Source of the DNA: Octopus sinensis
Taxonomy: Eukaryota
NCBI RefSeq assembly: GCF_006345805.1
Contig: NC_042997.1
Location: forward strand, 181,970,001 to 182,034,000
Length of the DNA: 64,000 nucleotides
Reading direction: 5' to 3'
A program made the translations under genes and the position numbers. Of this stretch, positions 13,215 to 26,426 are shown in pieces; position 1 is the first letter of the stretch; the number at the start of each line of letters is the position of its first letter. Below the pieces are notes generated by a model that did no database searches, was not told the DNA's origin, and saw nothing but the letters and a program-made list of their open reading frames with translations.

Positions 13215-13654
13215 TATATGTATACATACATACATACATATCTATATCTATCTACCTATCTATAATATATCTATATCTATATCTATATCTATATCTATAT
13301 ATCTATCTATCTGTATATATATATATATATATATATATAGATATATATATATATATATCTATATATATATATATCTATATATATATATCTATCTATCTAT
13401 ATATATATATATATCTATCTCTCTATCTATCTATATATATATCTATCTCTATCTATCTATCTATCTATATATATCTAATCTATCTATCTATCTATATCTA
13501 TCTATCTATCTATATCTATATCTATCTATCTATCTATATCTATCTATCTATCTATCACTATATTATTCTATCTATCTATAATCTATTCTATCTATCTATC
13601 TATCTATTCTAATCTATCTATCTATCTATCTATCTATATATATATATATATATA

Positions 13655-13729
<75 letters not shown>

Positions 13730-14053
13730 GATATATATATATATATATATATACTATCTATATATATATATATCTATATATATATATCTATCTATCTATA
13801 TATATATATATATCTATCTCTCTATCTATCTATATATATATCTATCTCTATCTATCTATCTATCTATATATATCTAATCTATCTATCTATCTATATCTAT
13901 CTATCTATCTATATCTATATCTATCTATCTATCTATATCTATCTATCTATCTATCACTATATTATTCTATCTATCTATAATCTATTCTATCTATCTATCT
14001 ATCTATTCTAATCTATCTATCTATCTATCTATCTATATATATATATATATATA

Positions 14054-14128
<75 letters not shown>

Positions 14129-14152
14129 GATATATATATATATATATATATA
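13215..14152. repeat. Compound (TA)n/(TCTA)n array with a 399-bp internal duplication
   Basis: The unique marker cactatattattcta occurs at 13556 and 13955. Confidence 0.9.
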
Positions 14153-14415
14153 CTTTGATACTTTGATAGTGTTCGGCCATTATGGCCCAGGCATGTCTAC
14201 ACTTAATAGCACCACCTGGTATAATATATATATATAATAAATTATATATACATATATATATGTTTATGTATATTGATTGATAGATTGATAATAGATATGC
14301 AGATAGATAAATATGTATATATTTACAAATACATGTGTATATTTGTATATATACATAGACATATATACATAATATATATATATATACACATTATATATAT
14401 ATATATATATATATA

Positions 14416-14488
14416 GTTAATCCAAACACGAACAAAGAGAAAACACAACACATGGACGTGGAACAAGTATAGTGTTATTGGATGCTCA
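14416..14488 (-). mobile_element. 3' fragment of the PLE-type terminal repeat family at 19890-20097
   Basis: tgagcatccaataacactatacttgttccacgtcc...gtttggattaacta followed by (TA)n. Confidence 0.65.
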
Positions 14489-14753
14489 TCTCTTTCTATC
14501 AGTTTGTCTCTCACTTTCTGTATTTCTGTTACTTCTATAGAAACATCTATTCTATTATAGAAACTGAAAATATGACATTTTTTTCTTTACATTTACTTAC
14601 ACTATGTTAGTAATAGCCGATTTATTCCTGTAGTGGAGTTAAGAGATTAGCTAGAAGGCATAAGACTATTTTGGGGAGAATTGACGAAAACTTCTGCACA
14701 TATGAATGATATCACCCCTTTCATGTGTCATCACTTTTGTATGTCTCTTCAAA

Positions 14754-14978
14754 CTGGCAGAAACGTTAGCACGCCGGGCGAAATGCGTAGCTGTATTTCA
14801 TCTGCCGTTACGTTCTGTGTTCAAATTCCGCCGAGGTCGACTTTGCCTTTCATCCTTTCGGGGGTCGATAAATTAAGTACCAGTTACGCACTGGGGTCGA
14901 TGTAATCGACTTAATCCGTTTGTCTGTCCTTGTTTGTCCCCTCTATGTTTAGTCCCTTGTGGGTAATAAAAAAACGTA
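14754..14978 (+). mobile_element. SINE type B
   Basis: Near full-length match to the other type B copies. Confidence 0.9.
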
Positions 14979-15362
14979 TATTTTAAATGGCGGTGCCCCG
15001 GCATGGCCACAGCTCGTGACCTGAAACGAGATAAAATTAAAAAAATATAAAATAAAATAACAACATAATCAAAATTATTTTTAATGTCTCTATTTTTGCA
15101 TGTTTACATTTGGAACTTCAGTGAGGCATATTTTCTTACTGCCAGACTTCCTGTGACTAACACTCACCTTTTTTCCTAGCAAGTCAATATTTTGCCTTGA
15201 CTGGACATGCTTTTGTGAATGACTGGAAACAAATAAGACTTCTTGCATGGCAGGGATACTTGCTTGCAATTGTCACATCATATCAAGACAAGGAGACACA
15301 AATACTCACATACATATATATTTGTATCCCTTTTCGTCTGCTGTTTCCTTGCAATGCTGTTT

Positions 15363-15417
<55 letters not shown>

Positions 15418-15945
15418 CTCTCTACCACCTTTATTCAATGGTTTTCATGAAAAAATAGGTGATTGCAAATTTTTCCTTTGAGATGCTTTGAGAATATTTA
15501 GTTGGCATTAAGAAGGGCATCTGGTTATAGAAACTATGCCAAGGTAGATACTGGAACTCAGTGCATTCCTCTAACTCACCTGTCCATGTTGAATTGTCCA
15601 ACTTATGCCAGCATGAAAAGAGAGATGTTATAATGATGATGATATTGATAACATATATAGATATGTACACATATGCACATACATGAGTGCATGCACGCAC
15701 ACACACATACATACCCATACATGAAGGGCTTTTTTCAGCTTCTGTCTGCAATGCCCCCTCTTAAAGCTATGCTCAGCCCATGGCTATGGTAGAAGACACT
15801 TGCTCAAAATGTCACACTGTTATGCATATTATAATAAAGAAAACTATTTATCAATAAATTATGAAAATGTAATGTTTACTAAAAGAAAGTAAATATTAAA
15901 GTTTAGACAGTCTAGAAATTTCTTATAAATTCCAATTTTGATATA

Positions 15946-17076
15946 CCAGGTCACCCCATAAGTTCTGTCTGATTTTACCATTTTTAAAATTGAATGAATT
16001 TTAATATTATTTTACAGAGTAATAGAATTAAAATATTTTTGATTAAAACCCTTTCTAACATGGAAGTATCCAAAGAGCATTTGAGGCACATAATGCTTTA
16101 TGAGTACAAAAAAAGAAACCCTGCCGCCAAAGCAACTTGAAACATACACTCAGTTTATGGGAAAGAATGCTTGAATGAAAGAACTTGCAGAACATGGTTT
16201 GCAAAATTCAGAAGTGAAGATTTCAGCCTTGAAGATGAAGATCTAACAGGACATCCAGTTGAGTTTGATGATAAGCGCCTTGAGGTATTACTTGAAAAAA
16301 ATCCTGCATTATCAGTTGAAGAATTGGCAATACAACTGTTCACCATACAACTGTTCATCATCATCTTCAACAACTTGAAAAGGTTCCTAATCTTGGAAAA
16401 TGGGTGCCTCATGAATTGTCTGAAAGCAACTGCAAATCCTGAGTTGACATTTGCTCTTCTCTCCATTCTCGCACTCATTTCACTCTTTCTGGATAGACTT
16501 GTGAGTGGTGACGAAAAATGGATCTTCTATTGAAATGTTAAACGTCATAAACAATGGCTTGGTAAAAGGGAAAAAGCTCAACCACAACCGAGAAGGGAAC
16601 TTCATGGGAAAAAGGTTCTTCTCTCTATCTGGTGGGATTGCAAAGGAGTAGTTCACTTTGAATTGTTACCACCTAATGCAACAATCAATGCTCAAGCATA
16701 CTGTCAGCAATTAGAGCATTTGAACCAAGCTTTGAAAAGATCTGCTTTAGTGAATAAAAAAGGAGTGATGTTTCATCAGGACAATGCACAACACCGCACT
16801 GCAAAGATTACATCACAGAAGATCGAAGAGCTTGGTTGGGAAAAAATTCCTCATCCAGCTTATTCTCCTGACCTTGCTTCTTCAGACTATCATTTGTTTC
16901 ATAGTTTACAGAATCATTTGGGGGACATAACTTTTGCAAGCCAGGAAGAGGTCAAAACTGACATTTCAGAGTTCTTCACTTTGATGATTAAATTTCAATT
17001 AAATATAGCATTTAATCAAATGTTATAAAACATTTTCTTTATTCAAAATTCGGACAGAACTTATGGGATGACCTGA
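15946..17076 (+). mobile_element. Mariner DNA transposon with pseudogenised D,D34D transposase
   Basis: TIRs caggtcaccccataagttctgtc / gacagaacttatgggatgacctg with TA flanks; ATG at 16060; motifs VSGDEKW, WWD, HQDNA, YSPDLASSDYHLF; in-frame stops and frameshifts. Confidence 0.95.
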
Positions 17077-18420
17077 TATTTTTATCAAAATGTCATTTTC
17101 AAGTTTCTTTTATTATTGATGATTTCAACTACATGCTTCAATCAGAAATGATTTTTCATTCACTGCAATATAATGTTTTTAAAGTTTTACACTTGTATCC
17201 CTTTACTTCTACTGCTTCTTTACAATGTTCTCTCTCTTTCTCCCTCTCTCGACCCCCTCTCTCTACTTCTCTCTCACTCTCTGTTGCCTTTATTCAATGC
17301 GCTTCATTAAAAATAAGTGATCACAAACTTTCTCTTTGAGAATATTTGTGAAAATTTTTACACTATATCTTTTTATCATATCAAAATTACATAGAAATTC
17401 CTCATTTCAAGTTTTATATATGTTGGCCAATATGCATATAACAGCAATTTTGCCCAAGCAAACATGACATACAATAGCAGACATTCACCTAGAGGGTGGT
17501 ATACCTGTTAGTTTAATGACCTGGGATAAAAGTATTTCATCCAATATGACCATCATGCTTATCACCTGTTGAAGCAAACATTTATTTCAACAAACTAAGA
17601 TAAGTGTAGCTGTGTGGTTAAGAAGCCCCTGGTCAACCAAAGCCTTGTAGATGGATTTGGTTGACAGAAAGTGGAAGAAGCCTGTCGTGTGTGTGTGTGT
17701 GTGCGTGTGTGTGTGTGTCCTTGTCTTGACATCCTATGATGGTTATAAACAAGCATGTTGTTCATTTCTAGTTGTCCATGAAAAGCAAATTTGGCCTAAG
17801 GGAAATATCACTTTCCTTGGATGCAGAGGCAGTTTGGTAACAGAAAGGGTGTCTTGTTGAAGAAAATCTACACCAACAAATTCTGTTTCACCCATGGAAA
17901 CATGGAAAAGTGGGCATTAAAAATGTTTGTGATGAAATTGGATGTTAACCTGTTGTTTTTTACAATTCTTGATTGAATGGATGAAAGATATTGTCATAAA
18001 AATTAAATTATTTGCAAAAATGCCTATATTGGCAAGCTGAAAGTTCTGGATAAATCTGGACTAATTTATCATAATGCAACCATGTATCTAACTTAGAGTG
18101 TGTACACCCACACATTTGGATATACCTTGTTAATTGGAATTATTTTAATGATTCTTTATTTGCTTGTTATTACTTATAAGACTCTTTCTTAAATCTACTT
18201 GAAGAGACGTAAACAAACTTTCATAAATACCACTATACAAAATAAAAATATGATTTAAAAAAATATTTTTGTTACAAACTATAAAGCAAACAGAAAGAAA
18301 TTAAAAGAACTAATTTTGTATTGTTGGGTTGAAAAATAAAATTATTGTTTTCAGTGAATCGCAGATAAAATCATTGATTTATCTTGTCAGACACAGGAAA
18401 ATGCAGAAAACAAATCATCA

Positions 18421-19006
18421 TACCCTTCTGATAGCTGTGGGGAGTATTCACAATAAGAAATAACTGAATTCAACACAGATTCATTCAGTCAGTCTTCATT
18501 GCTTGCTGCACCACTGAGAAGTTTATGGTAAAACATTTTATAAAAGCTTTTTCTTATCTCTGCTTGAATGTGTTCGCATAGGAGAGAAACTGCACTAGTG
18601 AGATATCTGTAGAAAAACATTCTCTTACATTGGTCATTTACTTTTCTAGATATGTATTCACAAGGGAGAGAAACCACATCATGTGACAGTCTGTGATAAA
18701 ATGTTTTCTCAAAAATGCAGTGTGTCTGTCTACAAGTTGATGGATCCACACAAAAGAGATGCCATACAACTGTGATATCTATAGTAAAACATTTTCTCAA
18801 GAAGGCAGTTGGTCTATCCATAAATTAATCCACACTGAAGAGAAACTATATCACTGGGACATGTGGTAAAACTTTCCCTAGAAGGCAGCTCATTTACTCT
18901 CGAATGGGCCCACACAAGGCAGAAACCATACTACTGTATAAGTGTATGGTAAAACATTTTTTTCAAGAAGGCATTCAGTCTGCTCACAGAAGAGAAATTG
19001 TGCCAC
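18421..19006 (+). pseudogene. Decayed tandem C2H2 zinc-finger array (about 6-7 finger relics)
   Basis: Linkers at roughly 84-bp spacing: RIGEKLH*, HKGEKPHH (18659), HTKEMPYNCDI (18747), HTEEKLYH (18831), HTRQKPYYC (18911), each followed by a K(T/M)F motif; stops, frameshifts and lost Cys/His. Confidence 0.85.
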
Positions 19007-19429
19007 TCTCTTTTTTACTCTCCTTTACTTGTTTCAGTCATCTGACTGCGGCCATGCTGGAGCACCGCCTTTAATCGAGCAACTCTACTCCAGGATTTAT
19101 TCTTTTGTAAGCCCAGTACTTATTCTATCGGTCTCTTTTGCCGAACCGCTAAGTAACAGGGACATAAACACACCAGCATCGGTTGTCAAGCAATGCTTGG
19201 GGGACAAACACAGACACACAAACACAGACACACACACACACATATATTATATATATATATATACACGAGGGGCTTCTTTCAGTTTCCGTCTACCAAATCC
19301 ACTCACAAGGCTTTGGTCGGCCCGAGGCTATAGTAGAAGACGCTTACCCAAGGTGCCACGCAGTGGGACTGAACCCGGAACCATGTGGTTAGTAAACAAG
19401 CTACTTACCACACAGCCACTCCTACGCCT
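19007..19429 (-). mobile_element. SINE type A inserted at the end of the ZNF relic
   Basis: Full head-to-tail copy. Confidence 0.9.
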
Positions 19430-19454
19430 ACACCACTATATCTACGAGAAAATA

Positions 19455-19554
19455 NNNNNNNNNNNNNNNNNNNNNNNNNNNNNNNNNNNNNNNNNNNNNN
19501 NNNNNNNNNNNNNNNNNNNNNNNNNNNNNNNNNNNNNNNNNNNNNNNNNNNNNN
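19455..19554. other. Assembly gap (100 N)
   Basis: Run of n. Confidence 1.
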
Positions 19555-19889
19555 GAAGAGAAAAGAGAATATCTTAACAGATATACCACATTGGTATGGG
19601 GTTTCTGCCTCCCCCCACCCGTGAGAAAAACCATATCATATATATATTTCCTTGTCCCAAGATAAGAAAAAGCTTTTAGTAGATGTTTTACTACAAGCTT
19701 CATACTGAGCGTGAAAGAGATAGAGAGAGGAATAGAGAGAAAGAGAGTGAGAGAGAGTGGTGAGCATGAAGACATAGAGACAATAGAAGAATGCATGTGG
19801 TGAGCATGAATGGGTAGAGAGAGGGTATTGTGAGAGAAACAGATAGATAGATCGATAGGTAGATAGATAGGTAGGTAGATAGGTAGGTA

Positions 19890-20097
19890 GATAGATAGGA
19901 CCTTGTGTGTACCGTTGGTGATTTTTTTTCCTCCGTCTTCCCTTCTCTGGATCTTTCCTTCTCCTATGTTTCTGACAAAGAGCTCCGCTCGAAACGTTAA
20001 ACCCTCCTTCTTTCCTTCTTTCCTGAGCGTCCAATAATACTATATTTGTTCCACGTCCTCACGTTGTTTTTTTGTGCTTTCTTGTTTGGATTAACTA
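19890..20097 (+). mobile_element. Solo PLE-type terminal repeat
   Basis: Pyrimidine-rich leader, hammerhead motif, ttcctgagcgtccaataatac block and TA-type end. Confidence 0.65.
19968..20002 (+). ncRNA. Minimal type-I hammerhead-like motif, G8A (probably inactive)
   Basis: gttt CTGACAA a GAGC tcc GCTC GAAACGT T aaac: perfect stems I and II. Confidence 0.6.
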
Positions 20098-20117
20098 GAT
20101 ATATAGATAGATAGATA

Positions 20118-22775
20118 GGTGTAGGAGAGCTGTGTGTTAAGTAGCTTGCTTATGAACCACATAGTTCCAGGTTCAGTCCCACTGCGTGGCACCTTCGGCA
20201 AGTGTCTTCTACTATAGCCTCGGGCCAACCAAAGCCTTGTGAGTGGATTTGGAAGATGGAAACTGAAAGAAGCCCGTCGTATATATATATATATATATAT
20301 ATGTGGATGGTGCAAAGTCCCTTCCAGACCTAGAATTACGTGGTGGTGGAATAGTGCAGTAGATAAAGCCATCTGTGAAAAGAGACGGGCTGGAAGGCCT
20401 GGAAGGATGGGGGCAGCAGGGAACTGTACCAGATAGCCAAAAGGGAGGCTGGGCGGCAGGTATACATTGCCAAAAAGATGTAGCAGAAAAGAAGAAGTTG
20501 CCAATGTCCAGCGTCGCGAGGATCAAAGAGCTGAAGTATTTCGGATTGCCAGACAGTGTGGTCAGAGAAAAAGCGATGTTATAGGAGAGAATGTGTCCGC
20601 ATGGATGATGGGGCACTTGCTTTACTACTAGTGAAAAGAAAGAGGCTTGGAGAAGCCATTATGAAAGATGCTGAATGAGGAGAATGAATGGGAGGAGAGA
20701 GCCTGCCAAATGTTGACCCAGTAGAGGGACCAGCTACCCGAATAGACAGCTCCCTTGTAGATAAGGCATTAAGGATATGAAACCAGGCAAAGCCCCTGGC
20801 CTATCAGGAATCACTGCTGAGATTTTAAAACAGCTGGCTATGTGGGCTATGCCATAGTCACCCGCATTGTAAACCAGGTAGTTCACAATGGAGTCATACC
20901 CAATGACTGGTGCAGCAGCACCATAGTCAACTGCTACAAGGGTAAGGGTGATGCTCTAGATAGAAATAACTACAGAGGTATCAAACTGTTGGACCAGGTG
21001 ATGAAGGTCTCAGAGAAGGTCATAACCAATCTCATTAGGGAGAGAATTTGTTTAGATGAAATGCAGTTCGGTTTTGTACCAGGTAGAAGCACCACTGATG
21101 CTATATTCCTGGTCCGACAACTGCAGGAGAAGTACCTAGCTAAAGATAAACCCCTCTACATAGCTTTTGTAGACTTGGAGAAAGCCTTTGACAGGGTTCC
21201 CCGTTCCCTTATCTGGTGGTCGATGCGGAAACTGGAGATTGAAGAATGGCTAATAAGGGCTGTACAGGCTCTATACAGAGAGGCTGTCAGCAAGGTTAGG
21301 ATTGGCAACGAATATAGTGAAGAATTCCGGGTAGAAGTAGAAGTAGGTGTGCACCAGGGCTCAGCCCTCAGTCCCCTTTTATTCATCATAGTCCTTCAGG
21401 CAATAACAGAGGAATTCAAAACAGGATGCCCCTGGGAGCTCCTCTATGCCAATGACCTAGCTCTCATAGCATAATCACTACCGGAACTAGAAGAGAAATT
21501 TCGGGTGTGGAAACAAGGGTTGGAATCAAAGGGCCTTAGAATAAATGTAGCAAAGACCAAAGTATTAGTAAGCAGCACGAGGTACTCAGCACACACCCCC
21601 TCGGGTAGGTGGCCCTGCTCAACCTGTAGGAAAGGTACAGGTAGAAACTCCATAAGATGCACCCAATGTAAGTTATGGACACATAAGAGGTGCAGCAACA
21701 TTAAAGGGAAATTAACAGATAAGATAGCTTTCATGTGCGGCAGATGCACAGGGACTATAGACACAACAGACACTCAGAAAACAGATTCCATCACACTCCA
21801 GGGAGAGAAACTAGAAGTAGTTGATAGTTTCCGCTACCTGGGTGACCAAGTTAGTAGCGGAGGTGGATGCACAGAGAGTATCACCACTAGAATACGAATA
21901 GCCTGGGCAAAGTTCAGAAAGCTCCTACCCCTACTGGCAACAAAAGGTCTCTCCCTCAGAGCAAAAGGTAGATTGTATGATGCATGTGTGCGAACTGCCA
22001 TGCTTCACGGTAATGAAACATGGGCTGTGACTGCAGAAGACATGCGTAGACTTGAAAGAAATGAAGCTAGCATGATCCGCTGGATGTGTAGTGTCAGTGT
22101 GCACGCAAGACAGAGTGTAAGCATCCTGAGAGAAATGCTGGATATAAGAAGCATCAGATGTGGTGTGCAAGAGCGACGCTTGCGATGGTATGGTCATGTG
22201 CTGCGGATGGATGAAGAGAGATGTGTGAAGAAGTGCCACTCCCAAACAGTTGAAGGTATCAGGGGGAGAGGTAGACCCAGGAAGACATGGGATGAGGTAG
22301 TCAAGCATGACCTCAGAGCATTGGGCCTCACTGAGGCAATGGCGAAGGACCGAGATCTCTGGAGATATGCTGTGACTACAAAGACCGGGCTGCTTTCTGC
22401 AGCAATTCCACTACCCCGTACCCATTCTAAGTACTCCGGATCCCCAAAGTACCCTGGATCCCCAAAGTACCCCGATCCCCAAAGTACCCCGGACCTCGTT
22501 GCCCCCGTGCCGCTGACACGTTAAAAGCTCGAACCGATCGTGACCGATGCCGGACCCTCCGGCCCCTGTGCAGGTGGCACGTAAAAAGCACCCAATCCAC
22601 TCACGGAGTGGTTGGCGTTAGGAAGGGCATGCAGCCGTAGAAACTCTGCCAGATTCAGACTGGAGCCTGGAGCGGCCCCTGGCTTCCCAGACCCGGTCGA
22701 ACCGTCCAACCCGTGCTAGCGCGGAAAGCGGACGTTAAACGATGATGATGATGATGATGATGATATATATATACA

Positions 22776-22806
<31 letters not shown>

Positions 22807-22982
22807 GTGTTTGTGTGTCTGTTTGTCCCCGTAACTTAGTGGTTCGGCAAAAGAGACTGATAGGATATAAGTACTAGGCTTACAAAGAATAAGTCCTGGG
22901 GTCAATTTGCTCGACTAGAAAGGCGGTACTCCAGCATGGCCACAGACAAATGACTGAAACAAGTAAAAGAGAGTAAAAGAGT

Positions 22983-22985
<3 letters not shown>
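20118..22985 (+). mobile_element. SINE type A split by an RTE insertion (head 20118-20301, tail 22764-22985)
   Basis: The head ends in (TA)n, the LINE follows, then (TA)(TG)n and the SINE 3' half resume. Confidence 0.85.
20302..22763 (+). mobile_element. 5'-truncated RTE-clade LINE, RT pseudogene, (GAT)n tail
   Basis: TWWWN linker, NYRGIKLL, QFGF...STTDAIF, DLEKAFDRVPR, GVHQGSALSPLLF, YAND then TAA at 21472, FRYLGD, RRLRWYGHV, GRPRKTW; no endonuclease domain. Confidence 0.95.
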
Positions 22986-23016
<31 letters not shown>

Positions 23017-23018
23017 TC

Positions 23019-23039
<21 letters not shown>

Positions 23040-23084
<45 letters not shown>

Positions 23085-23190
23085 GAAAGAGAGAGAGGGG
23101 GAAAGAGCATTGGCGAGTGAGTGTGGTGAGCCTGAAGTGATTGGGAGAGTGAATGTGATATGTATGAAGAGATAAGGATTGTTAGAAAAG

Positions 23191-23223
<33 letters not shown>

Positions 23224-24290
23224 GGAGAGAGTGATGATGAGAGATAGAGAGGGTGAGAGAGAATGAAGGTGAGAGAGAATGAGGGAGAGAGAGTGAAAGT
23301 GACAGAGAGTGAGGGTGAGAGAGAGTGAGACTGAGAAAGAGTGACGGTGAGAGGGAGTGCGAGAGAGAGAGTGAGGGTGAGAAAGAGTGAGGTGAGAGAG
23401 AGAGTGAAGATGAGTGAGAGAGTGAGGGTGAAAGAGAGTGAGGGTGAGAAAGAATGAAGAGAAATCTGAAAAGTTTAATAGTGTAGCGGAGGTTAACTAG
23501 TGTTGTTTAAAGTACACTATACTAGAAATTAAGTATGGATAGTCATGGTTGGAATACCTTTGATCCACAAGTGTGCTCAGTTAGAGCTAATTTCAGGATT
23601 ATATAAAGAGAAAAGTTAGAATAACAGATATGCAAAGGGATGGGTGGTGTTGGATTGAGAGAGAGAGAAGAGGAGAGAGAATGAGAAAGAGAGAGAGAGA
23701 GAAGGGGAAGGGAGAGGGGAAGAGAGAGAAAGAGAGGGAGGGCAGAATATTGACATCAAAAGGAAGATAGAAGGGAGTGAAAGAGAGACTGAAAGAAAGT
23801 GAGAGATAAAGAAAGAGTCTGAGAGGAAGGTTGAGAGCAAGGAGAATAAGAGAGAGAGAGAGTGTGTGGTCATGGAGGGAGGAAGAAGAAAGAGAGAGGG
23901 AATGAGGGAAAGATAGACAGAGAGGTAGACAGAAACAAAAGAAAAATAGAGAGAAAGATAGACAGAGAGATAGATAGCGATAAAGGAAAAATAGAGAGAT
24001 AGATAGAGAGAGAGATAGAGACAGGAAAAAGAGAGAGAAAGATAGACAGAGAGATAGAGACAGGAAAAAGAGGGGGAAAGATAGACAGAGAGATAGAGAC
24101 AAAGGAAAAAATAGAGAGAAAGATAGACAGAGAAATAGAGACAAAGGAAAAATAGAGAGAAAGATAGACAGAGAGATAGAGACAAAGAAAAAAATAGAGA
24201 GAAAGATGTAAGACAAGGATAGAGAGAAAAGAGAAGATTAAAAGGGAGAGAGAGAGAAAAAAAAGGAAGAGACACAGGGAGACAGAGTGA
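23040..24290. repeat. Polypurine (GA-rich) tracts with short minisatellites
   Basis: Direct reading; source of the SL-rich ORFs at 23599-24275. Confidence 0.85.
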
Positions 24291-24427
24291 GCATGTGATC
24301 AGATTTTATTGGCTTTGGTCAGAAAAGAGATGAGATTTAATGTGTTACACTAAGGTAAAACATGAATAGTTTATGGGTTCTGTTTTTTGGATGGCATGTG
24401 TGTGTGTATGTGTATGTGTGCGTGCAT

Positions 24428-24466
<39 letters not shown>

Positions 24467-24720
24467 TGTTCATGTGTGTGTTTGTATTGAATATATTATC
24501 ACATTCACTATCATCATCATTATCATCATCATCACCGTCATTATCCTCATTTAATGTCCACATTCCATGCTGGAATGGATTGGATGGTTTGAGGGGATGT
24601 GATGGGTCTGAAGACTGTATTGACTGCACTGTATTCCAATGCAAACTGAAAGGATGAAAAGCAAAATTGACTTTGGTGGAATTTGAACTCGGAATATAAA
24701 GACAGACAAAATTTCTCTTG

Positions 24721-25104
24721 CTTACCAACCACATGGTTCCGGGTTCAGTCCCACTGCGTGGCATCTTGGGCAAGTGTCTTCTGCTATAGCCTCGGGCTGA
24801 CCAATGCCTTGTGAGTGGATTTGGTAGACGGAAACTTAAAGGAGCCTGTCGTATATATCTATATATATATATATGTATGTGTGTGTATGTTTGTGTGTCT
24901 GTGTTTGTCCCCCTAGCATTGCTTGACAACCGATGCTGGTGTGTTTACGTCCCCTTCACTTAGCAGTTCGGCAAAAGAGACCGATAGAATAAGTACTGGG
25001 CTTACAAAGAATAAGTCCCGGGGGTCGAGTTGCTCGATTAAAGGCGGTGCTCCAGCATGGCCGCAGTCAAATGACTGAAACAAGTACAAGAGAAAAAGAG
25101 AGTA
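24721..25104 (+). mobile_element. SINE type A, head-truncated, abutting SINE-B and RTE-tail fragments
   Basis: Match to type A from cttaccaaccacatgg onward. Confidence 0.85.
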
Positions 25105-25261
25105 AGCATTCTCTGTGTTAATGTTTCTACCATTCTACCATTGGGTGCAAACACACACACACACACACACACGCGCATAGATTATTTACAATGCTATCTG
25201 CTGAAAGGATTGCACTGATGCAATACATCAATAGCATATCAGGACATTCACACCTTTAAAA

Positions 25262-25520
25262 TCAAAGAATTCTGGTGGAACACTCCCATAATTCAGTACA
25301 ACCATTACAGACCTGACTGTTGCAGAGGTCAGCTGCCCAAGCAGATATGAATGTACAATGAAAAGTCTTTGAAAAAGAACATTTATGGTGAATTAATGCA
25401 GAGCTTACAGCTCTTGAACCCTGACTATAAATTCCCATTTGTACCAATCAGCATGGGTGCATTACACTATGTACCAACAAATTTACACAAAAACCTAGAA
25501 ATACTAGGTTTTTTTTAACA
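25262..25520 (+). pseudogene. Restriction-like endonuclease (RLE) C-terminus of an R4/Dong/NeSL-type non-LTR element
   Basis: Across frameshifts: KEFWWNTPII..HYRPD, EVSCP.ADMNV, EKE..YGELMQSLQLL.PDYKFPFVPISMGALHYVP..L..NLEILG. Confidence 0.65.
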
Positions 25521-25831
25521 GTAAATGACACTGACATGGATTCTCCAGGCGCATATATATGACGGGCTTCTTTCAGTTTCCATCTACCAAATCCACTCAC
25601 AAGGCTTTTATGGTGAATTAATGCAGAGCTTACAGCTCTTGTACCCTGACTATAAATTCCCATTTGTACCAATCAGCATGGGTGCATTACACTATGTACC
25701 AACAAATATACACAAAAACCTAGAAATACTAGGTTTTTTTTAACAGTAAATGACACTGACATGGATTCTCTAGGCGCATATATATGACGGGCTTCTTTCA
25801 GTTTCCATCTACCAAATCCACTCACAAGGCT
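25382..25831. repeat. 225-bp tandem duplication (RLE relic plus SINE-A junction)
   Basis: atggtgaattaatgcagag begins at 25385 and 25610; the units are nearly identical. Confidence 0.95.
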
Positions 25832-26293
25832 TTGGTCAGACCGAGGCTATAGTAGAAGACACTTGCCTAAGGTGCCACACAGTGGGACTGAACCTGGAAC
25901 CATGTGGTAATATCTAATTGTATTGATATCAATGATATTTTGATATGTTTGTTATCTTCATTCTTAAGATACCTTGATGACTAAGTAATGTTACCAAGTA
26001 TATTTTAATATCTAAGTCTTAACACTGAAGATGTCTTGATATGTAAGATATCATACTACCCAGGATATCCCAGAATGGATTTTAGATTCATTAGATTTCA
26101 GAGAGTGGCTGGAGTTTAATACATAAAGTACTCTTATTTATTGTAGTAACATTAGCATACCTGCAGATTTATTAAATAATTGTTCCTAGAATAGAAGGAT
26201 GGAAGCACATGGTTTAGTGGTTAGGTTGTTGAATTCATGATCATAAGATTGTGGTTTCAATTCCTGGACTGGGCAATATAAGATTGTGGTTTT

Positions 26294-26410
26294 GCTTATG
26301 GCCATTCATGTTGAAAGCACTGGTTCTCGTCCGATCACCGAAGTTAAGCAATGTCAAACCTTGTTAGTACTTAGATAGGTGGCCGCTTGGGAAACCTAGG
26401 TGCTGTAAGC
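26294..26410 (+). rRNA. 5S rRNA pseudogene (retroposed copy)
   Basis: gcttatggccat...ggttctcgtccgatcaccgaagttaagcaa...gttagtactt...gggaaacctaggtgctgtaagc resembles metazoan 5S; many substitutions, no oligo-T terminator, A-rich tail. Confidence 0.9.
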
Positions 26411-26426
26411 GAGAAAAAGAAAAAAG

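Noticed and set aside
18489-18821. 110-aa minus-strand ORF
   Set aside because: Antisense shadow of the plus-strand zinc-finger relic.
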